This document shows positions 58,094 to 64,000 of a DNA stretch of 64,000 nt, piece after piece. How positions within the stretch are numbered: position 1 is the first letter of the stretch; every line of letters begins with the position of its first letter. The notes beneath the pieces are model-generated. The model did not search any database. It was not told the origin of the DNA and worked only from the letters and a program-made list of their open reading frames with translations. The position numbers were made by a program, and so were the translations under genes. Source of the DNA: Candidatus Heimdallarchaeota archaeon (GTDB taxonomy: Archaea; Asgardarchaeota; Heimdallarchaeia; Heimdallarchaeales; Heimdallarchaeaceae); NCBI GenBank assembly GCA_021399345.1, contig JAAFKI010000059.1:1-64000 (forward strand). Reading direction: 5' to 3'.

Positions 58094-60337
58094 ATGTCAT
58101 TCATTGAAAGATTAGAACTAACACTAGAAGAAAAACAAGTTTATTCTCTTTTATTAGGGTCAGGTCAATTAACGGCTTTTGAAATAGCTCAATTTGGAAA
58201 TCTTCATTTTTCAAAAGTTCAAGTTGCTCTTGATGCATTGCAGAAAAAAGGTGCTGTAGGTGTATCTGAAGGGTATCTCGAGAAATATTTCGTTAGAATA
58301 CCTTTAGAATATCTTGCTGAAAGCAGCGATCAAATTGGTGCAAGTGTAAAGAATAATTTGACAAACACTTCAACTTTCATGGAGAGCAAGAAAACTGAGT
58401 TTAATGAGCTAAGGACCAATCTTGTAACACAGTTAAATGAATCTGTTTCAAGAAAAGAAGCTGAGTTAGATCAAAAATTAGCGAGTTCATCCTCAGAATT
58501 AGAGAATATCCGTAATCAGAAAAAGGAATTTATAGCATCAAAATCAAATGAAATTAAACGCGAATTATCTGCCATTCAAGATGGACAGAAACAGAGTTTA
58601 ACGAATTTTGTTCAAGAAACATTACAGAATAATACAGATAGTATTTCAAGTGCTAAATCATCAATAGATTCAGCCGAAGCAATAATATCTCAAAATAATA
58701 CTGGAAGTGCTTCCACTTCAAGTAGCCAAGTAGATCAAAATGTTAATCAAACGTTGACATCAATTGAGGAAATATCTCAAACCCTAAAACCAAAGTTGGA
58801 ATTATTAGGGGAGAATTATTCAGCCCATATAGGGGAAATTCCACAACTTCTGGAAGAAAGTATTGATTTAACAAAAATCGATGTTAGAGCGTTTAATAAA
58901 AGTCAAACAGATAAGAATCTCAGTTTTTCAACTGAAACTGTAAGAACAACAGGAGAAACTGTTGATAAAATTTCAGAAACAGTCTCTGGTTCTCTAAATG
59001 AATTAAATAACTCACTTGAAATGCTTCTAAACAGAAAAGTAGAAGAATTGTCACTTCAGGTTCAAGAAGCTGTATCTGCTCTAAATGATAAGGTTTCAGA
59101 GATTAAACAATCTTTATCTGATGAACTAATTCAACAGAAAAACCTTGCCTTATCAAATACTGTGTCACAAATAAAAGAAGATATGAATCTTAAGTATACT
59201 AATCTTCAAAACAGTGAGCAAATACATCGTAACAACTTAACAAGTGAAAGAGACATGTTTGCTCAAAAACTTGATGCTCAATATAATGAAACATTACAGA
59301 ACTACAACAATAAGATTCAAGAAATACAGGAAACTGCAAGAACAAGACTAAGTAATTTTGAGGAGAACTTTTCAACTCAATTTAGTGATATTGTGACAGG
59401 CATTGTTGACAATTTAAACAATCATGTTCAATCTTTTAGGGATCTTGCTACAAAACTAAATGAGAATATTAACCAAACACTAGGAACAGAAACTGACAAC
59501 CTAAAGGAAAAATGGTCTGATTTAGCAAGTCAAATGCAAGCAATAGCTCAAGAGAATGAAGTAGCGATAAATTCAAAGTACCAAGAAGCTGTTAATTTGA
59601 TTAATTCTTCAACTTCTGCTATTTCCTCTGAATTATCAACTTATTTGGATCAATCCTTAGAATCTACCCGTAACATAACAAACGATATAGTAACAACATC
59701 AAAGGCTCAAATAACTGATAGTAAAAATCAACTTGCTGGAAATCTAACTGAAGAAGTAGATGCCGCAGCAAGATTTCTTGCTGAGACTGAAGGAAAGTTC
59801 ACAGATACAGCTAATCATCTTTTAACAGTAGCTATGAAATTGAAGAACGATTTCAGAACACTAGAAGCAACAACTAGAGAATCACCCATACCTAGAGTCG
59901 AAACAACATCAATAACAGGATTAGAAGCTACAAAAGATCATATGGATAGAATAGTCAGAGCTGCAAAAAGAAGTGTAACAATAATGTCCCCAAATCCAGA
60001 CTATATACCGCTAGATGCAGTGAAAACCTTACCTTCAACAGTAAGAGTTACTATAGTAACAAAACTAGATGAAACGATAAATAGAGAATGGATCGATTCA
60101 GCTTATACAGCAGAAGCAAATGTTGAGGTAAGAAAGTTCAGAGATGTGGGTACAGGAGTAGAATTGCCAAAGTTCATAGGAGTTGAAAGAGAAAACGAGG
60201 AAGTTCTGATTGGAGCTGTAGATGAAGCAACAAATGAAGTTGTTGGAATCTTAAGTAGTTCTACAGAATTTGCAAAAATAGTTTCCTACATTGTTATCGC
60301 TGATTTTGCTAGAGGAAGATCAACACAAATAAAATAA
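58094..60337 (+). CDS. Giant TrmB-like protein (paralogue of 9284..11581)
   Basis: LTLEEKQVYSLLLGSGQLTAFEI wHTH; hendecad rod; C-term GLEATKDHMDRIVRAAKRSVTIMSP...GVERENEEVLIG; AGGTGA SD. Confidence 0.75.
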   Translation: MSFIERLELTLEEKQVYSLLLGSGQLTAFEIAQFGNLHFSKVQVALDALQKKGAVGVSEGYLEKYFVRIPLEYLAESSDQIGASVKNNLTNTSTFMESKKTEFNELRTNLVTQLNESVSRKEAELDQKLASSSSELENIRNQKKEFIASKSNEIKRELSAIQDGQKQSLTNFVQETLQNNTDSISSAKSSIDSAEAIISQNNTGSASTSSSQVDQNVNQTLTSIEEISQTLKPKLELLGENYSAHIGEIPQLLEESIDLTKIDVRAFNKSQTDKNLSFSTETVRTTGETVDKISETVSGSLNELNNSLEMLLNRKVEELSLQVQEAVSALNDKVSEIKQSLSDELIQQKNLALSNTVSQIKEDMNLKYTNLQNSEQIHRNNLTSERDMFAQKLDAQYNETLQNYNNKIQEIQETARTRLSNFEENFSTQFSDIVTGIVDNLNNHVQSFRDLATKLNENINQTLGTETDNLKEKWSDLASQMQAIAQENEVAINSKYQEAVNLINSSTSAISSELSTYLDQSLESTRNITNDIVTTSKAQITDSKNQLAGNLTEEVDAAARFLAETEGKFTDTANHLLTVAMKLKNDFRTLEATTRESPIPRVETTSITGLEATKDHMDRIVRAAKRSVTIMSPNPDYIPLDAVKTLPSTVRVTIVTKLDETINREWIDSAYTAEANVEVRKFRDVGTGVELPKFIGVERENEEVLIGAVDEATNEVVGILSSSTEFAKIVSYIVIADFARGRSTQIK

Positions 60338-60583
60338 TCTAATTCAGATTATTTTTTCTATTTTTTATTTGCATGATTACTATAAAACATAGTTAGATTT
60401 ATTGTAAACAGAAGCTAACTGTTCTTTATACGAAGAGAGGATAGAAAAAATTGATTTGGTGTGAACAAATTGACATAGGAATGAGTAACTTGAAATGCAG
60501 AAGAATGCTGGGAGACATGGCTTGAGAGAAGAGTTTAAAAAGAGGAGTAAAAAAAGGATTTCAAACACTAGGTGAAAGAAAAA

Positions 60584-60757
60584 ATGCCAACAGTAGTAGA
60601 TGCAGAATGTTGTATAGCATGCGGTGCTTGTGTGGACATCTGTCCAGAGAATGTATATGATTTGAAAGATGTTGCAGTGACAACAAGAAAAGAAGAATGT
60701 ACAGATTGCGGATTATGCATAGATGAATGTCCAAGCGAATGTATAGATTACGAGTGA
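60584..60757 (+). CDS. 2[4Fe-4S] ferredoxin
   Basis: CIACGACVDICP and CTDCGLCIDECP. Confidence 0.95.
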   Translation: MPTVVDAECCIACGACVDICPENVYDLKDVAVTTRKEECTDCGLCIDECPSECIDYE

Positions 60758-60782
60758 ATCGGTAATTCTTCTCACTTTTTTT

Positions 60783-61259
60783 CTATTTATGCTTATATTT
60801 CTTAAACAGTCTTTTCCATCCTCGCACTTTTTCTCCCAAATTTATCATACCCATTGGTTTAGATTTGACAACGTTCAAATTATATAGGACTTCATCAAAT
60901 CCATCAAAGACTGCAGGTTCTGAATATCCTCTTCCTATTTGGTCCTCATACATTTCAAGAAATGCTCCGTAAGTCATTTCCATTTGATTTTTCACTTCTT
61001 CGTCTGTTTCACTCATTGGTGTAGTAAATACAACTATCACATCTCTTTCGTTATCTACTCTGAAATGCAATTTTAAGTCTGAAAAGACAACTGTCTGTAT
61101 TTCCTGTTGTCCATATGATTCTTTTGAAAACGCATATAACGCCGCTAGAAAGCCTGTTTGTAGTGTATAATCCGGTCTCATTTTACAAGTTTCTCCTCCA
61201 AAACATCTACTATAATAAGGAATTCCACTACTATCAATAATAAAAACATCATCTGCCAT
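60783..61259 (-). CDS. Longin-like domain protein
   Basis: VFIIDSSGIPYYSR...GFLAALYAFSKE...F pattern typical of archaeal longin folds. Confidence 0.7.
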   Translation of the reverse strand: MADDVFIIDSSGIPYYSRCFGGETCKMRPDYTLQTGFLAALYAFSKESYGQQEIQTVVFSDLKLHFRVDNERDVIVVFTTPMSETDEEVKNQMEMTYGAFLEMYEDQIGRGYSEPAVFDGFDEVLYNLNVVKSKPMGMINLGEKVRGWKRLFKKYKHK

Positions 61260-61411
61260 TTTTATTCACTTTATTACTTTTTGTTCTTCAAATCAAATAG
61301 TGTTTGTTGATACCTTTTAAAATTTGGTTTCAACAAAAATCCTTGATACATTTTTCTTTCCTCATTTTTACCCACATGTTTATTTATTATTTTCTAGATT
61401 TAGTATCAACC

Positions 61412-64000
61412 ATGCTTAATCTAGACTGTGTGTTCTTGAAAACTCTCTCTCAAAAAGAAGGCAACAATCCTCTTTCTACCATACTTATTGATGTAGACAA
61501 AGAACACTTCATACTTAATCTTTGGTCTCCTTGGCATGAGATTGGAGATTATCTCCCACCATATACTCCTTTGAAGATTTTTAATGTTGAAAAGATAGTA
61601 GATGATGAATCTTACTATTTTTCAGCAGGTTCTAAATCCATTGTAGTAGTTGACCCTGATATCTTAATGTATGCCACAGCTGCCAACAGCGTATCCTTTT
61701 GCCCTCGAAGCTATTATATTAATGAAATCGTTGGTGATACTCCTTCTCCTTACATAGCTATTAGGGGTTCCATTGTTCATGATGCCCTTAGTTTAGCTGT
61801 TTCTAACAATTCTAAACCCTCTGAAGAACTATCTAAAGTCCTAGATAATTTTTCTCTTCAGTATGAGCATTATGGATACAAGAAAGAGACCGTATTTCAA
61901 GATGTTAGAAAAATGACAGAAAGTCTAGATTCTTTTGTTGAAAATCTTCCCCCAAATGCTTTACCTGAAATCTTATTTCTTTCTCCTTTCTTCGGAATCA
62001 GAGGTAGAATCGATCTTTTTAGTGATAACAAAATCATCGAGTTAAAAACCGGAAAAGTTTCTGAAGAGAAGGACATTCGCTTTTCTGATCTCCTTCAGGT
62101 TTCTCTCTATCGTTATGGTCTTCAAACTGATATAGATGAATCTCCTCCTGAAGAAGGAAGTGTTCTCTATGTTGGTACAAATACACTTGTTCAAAAAACT
62201 GCTAATCCTAATTGGGGTCTCCTGAGATATGGTATGCAACATAGAAACATCGCTTACCGAATCTCCTATCTGGGGTATATTCCTCCAATTCTTCCTGAAT
62301 CTCAACATAACAGATGTAGAAATTGTTTTGTGAAGCATTATTGTGCTTTAGTTTGTGCAGGCTTGAATCAAGAACGTAGCTGTTCAACATGTCCCCACGA
62401 GCAGCTTTGTACAAAAAAATCTCTTCCTGATACTCACATCGGGTATTTTAACAAATTCTCGAAACTAATTAGATTTGACAAAAGTGAATCAGCAAGAAAT
62501 CTTTCTGATTTGTGGAAACTCTCAATTGATCAACGAGTTGCCAAAGGAAAAGCCATTACCGATTTATCTTTGGAAAATGAAATAAAAGAAGGTAGTACAA
62601 CTAGGTTGTTATATTCTTGCAAGAATAACAGTGAGCTTCGTGAAGGTGATATTGTTATTTTGAGCAAAGGACGAATCAAACAAGGTTTTGTAAGTACTGG
62701 TGTGATTTCAGGCATATCAAATACATCGATAGAAATTGAAACCAGAGCAACTCAAGAATCAGTTTCAACAATTGATATGTACTCAATAGACGTTGGTTTT
62801 AGAAGACAACAAAGAGGTTTGTTTAGTCTTCTTTTCAAAAGAAATCCTTTCCGTGAATTAGTTATTCAAGCTAGTAAATCTGAAACCGAACCTATAAAGG
62901 GAAAATATATTCCAAGTAATCCAACACAAAATGAAGCTGTAGAAAAGATTCTTGGAACAATAAATTATTCTCTTATTCAAGGTCCTGCAGGAACAGGAAA
63001 AACTTATGTGATAGCAAAATCAGCCATTGAGCTAGCTAAACAAGGACAAACAATTCTGATTACAGCATTTACAAATAGAGCTGTAGATAATGTTTGCAAA
63101 TATCTACTAGAAAATGAATTTCATAATTTTATCAGAATTGGTTCTTCTCATTCGATTCAAAAAGATATTCGAAATTACACTATAGACTTTTACAAAAAGC
63201 AAAATCCTGAGAAGTCTACTAAAGAAATTTTAAGAGAGTATCCAATTATTGTAGCAACCACCACCACTATATCTAATCCAGTTTATGAAAAATTAGGAAT
63301 CCAAACAATTATCATTGATGAAGCGAGTCAGATGACTGAACCAACGGTTTTATCTTCTTTGCTTGAAGGAAATAGGTTCATTTTGGTGGGTGATCATAAA
63401 CAACTTCCTCCTGTGGTTCAAAGTCCTCAAGCTCAAAAGGAAAATATGAGTATTTCCTTATTTGAACGTTTAGCAGAGCGAAATCCTGCTTCCATACATC
63501 TTCTAACTCACCAGTTTAGAATGAATGAAAAGCTTATTGATTTTTCTAATAGTCGATTTTATGAAAATAAACTCAAATCTTTTGATGATCTTGTTAGATA
63601 TCAGAATCTTCTGGAATTACCTAATTACAAAGGTGATTATTCTAAATTTAGTTGTCCTGAAATATATGATCCAAAACACCCCCTGATTTTCATCCCAGTA
63701 AACGGTATTTTCGATCACCAGAAAAAGTATAATGTAGAAGAAGCTAAGGTAGTAAGTGAAATAATAACTAATTTCTTAGATCTTGGGTTAACAACAGATC
63801 AACTAGGGGTAATCTGTCCTTACCGAGGACAAGTGGCGGAAATCAGAAGAAATCTCTCGCCAACTATAACCGTTGATACTGTTGATCGCTTTCAAGGGAG
63901 TGATCGTGAATTAATTGTTCTTTCTTTAACCGAAACCACTACAAAGAGTAAGAGAGGTTTTGCTGATGCTAGACGATTAAATGTTGCAGCCACAAGGGCA
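61412..64000 (+). CDS. Dna2-like Fe-S nuclease/SF1 helicase (3'-truncated by window end; missing from ORF track)
   Basis: Manual translation from ATG 61412: DPDIL..T....FCPR, RGSIVHD, GRIDL, IELKTG, CRNC....C, QGPAGTGKT, IDEASQ, GDHKQLPP, TVDRFQG, RRLNVAATRA. Confidence 0.92.
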   Translation, partial: MLNLDCVFLKTLSQKEGNNPLSTILIDVDKEHFILNLWSPWHEIGDYLPPYTPLKIFNVEKIVDDESYYFSAGSKSIVVVDPDILMYATAANSVSFCPRSYYINEIVGDTPSPYIAIRGSIVHDALSLAVSNNSKPSEELSKVLDNFSLQYEHYGYKKETVFQDVRKMTESLDSFVENLPPNALPEILFLSPFFGIRGRIDLFSDNKIIELKTGKVSEEKDIRFSDLLQVSLYRYGLQTDIDESPPEEGSVLYVGTNTLVQKTANPNWGLLRYGMQHRNIAYRISYLGYIPPILPESQHNRCRNCFVKHYCALVCAGLNQERSCSTCPHEQLCTKKSLPDTHIGYFNKFSKLIRFDKSESARNLSDLWKLSIDQRVAKGKAITDLSLENEIKEGSTTRLLYSCKNNSELREGDIVILSKGRIKQGFVSTGVISGISNTSIEIETRATQESVSTIDMYSIDVGFRRQQRGLFSLLFKRNPFRELVIQASKSETEPIKGKYIPSNPTQNEAVEKILGTINYSLIQGPAGTGKTYVIAKSAIELAKQGQTILITAFTNRAVDNVCKYLLENEFHNFIRIGSSHSIQKDIRNYTIDFYKKQNPEKSTKEILREYPIIVATTTTISNPVYEKLGIQTIIIDEASQMTEPTVLSSLLEGNRFILVGDHKQLPPVVQSPQAQKENMSISLFERLAERNPASIHLLTHQFRMNEKLIDFSNSRFYENKLKSFDDLVRYQNLLELPNYKGDYSKFSCPEIYDPKHPLIFIPVNGIFDHQKKYNVEEAKVVSEIITNFLDLGLTTDQLGVICPYRGQVAEIRRNLSPTITVDTVDRFQGSDRELIVLSLTETTTKSKRGFADARRLNVAATRA

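Noticed and set aside
60380-60568. 62-aa minus-strand ORF
   Set aside because: Low-complexity product of a purine-rich intergenic tract upstream of the ferredoxin gene
61412-62420. Cas4 / CRISPR-Cas gene
   Set aside because: The nuclease is fused to an SF1 helicase in Dna2 order; no other cas genes or array in the window
202-62715. Many 60-125 aa ORFs in the track antisense to or overlapping real genes (e.g. 964..1251, 23660..24034, 50705..50995, 55021..55395, 62042..62338)
   Set aside because: Shadow ORFs of well-supported genes with no recognisable motifs

Overview
AT-rich, gene-dense archaeal chromosomal window, inferred to be Asgard (Heimdallarchaeia-like) because archaeal informational genes co-occur with eukaryotic-signature proteins: a Rab-like GTPase, roadblock and longin proteins, a UEV/Vps23-like protein, a WD40 protein and a full-length Dna2. 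Most of it is rearranged core genome: the eIF2gamma/rpoE/S24e/S27ae cluster, the S15-DHH-Pcc1-S3ae cluster, a split exosome/RNase P superoperon, IleRS, ABCE1, RFC-L and several base-excision repair genes. Two real genes are missing from the ORF track: rps27ae (3696-3863) and Dna2 (61412 to window end). Highlights: (1) two ~750-aa paralogues with a TrmB wHTH head, a ~500-aa 11-residue-repeat rod and a TrmB/PLD-fold tail; (2) a diverged, still-open copy of the ABCE1 3' end starting at the VEHD motif, separated from the intact gene by one surface-protein gene, which looks like a gene-restoring insertion; (3) a roadblock/pseudo-RecA-ATPase/coiled-coil-wHTH operon facing a Rab-like GTPase, with a C-terminal helix motif shared with a distant proline-rich protein; (4) intergenic box C/D guide RNAs predicted to target 23S G2251 and C1920, plus a candidate eL15 leader; (5) a PEVK-like 24-bp tandem-repeat tail on Rrp41 and a catalytically dead GAN/Cdc45-like DHH protein. 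No tRNA, rRNA, CRISPR array, integrase or transposase was seen. All calls are by-eye motif recognition; no database searches were run.
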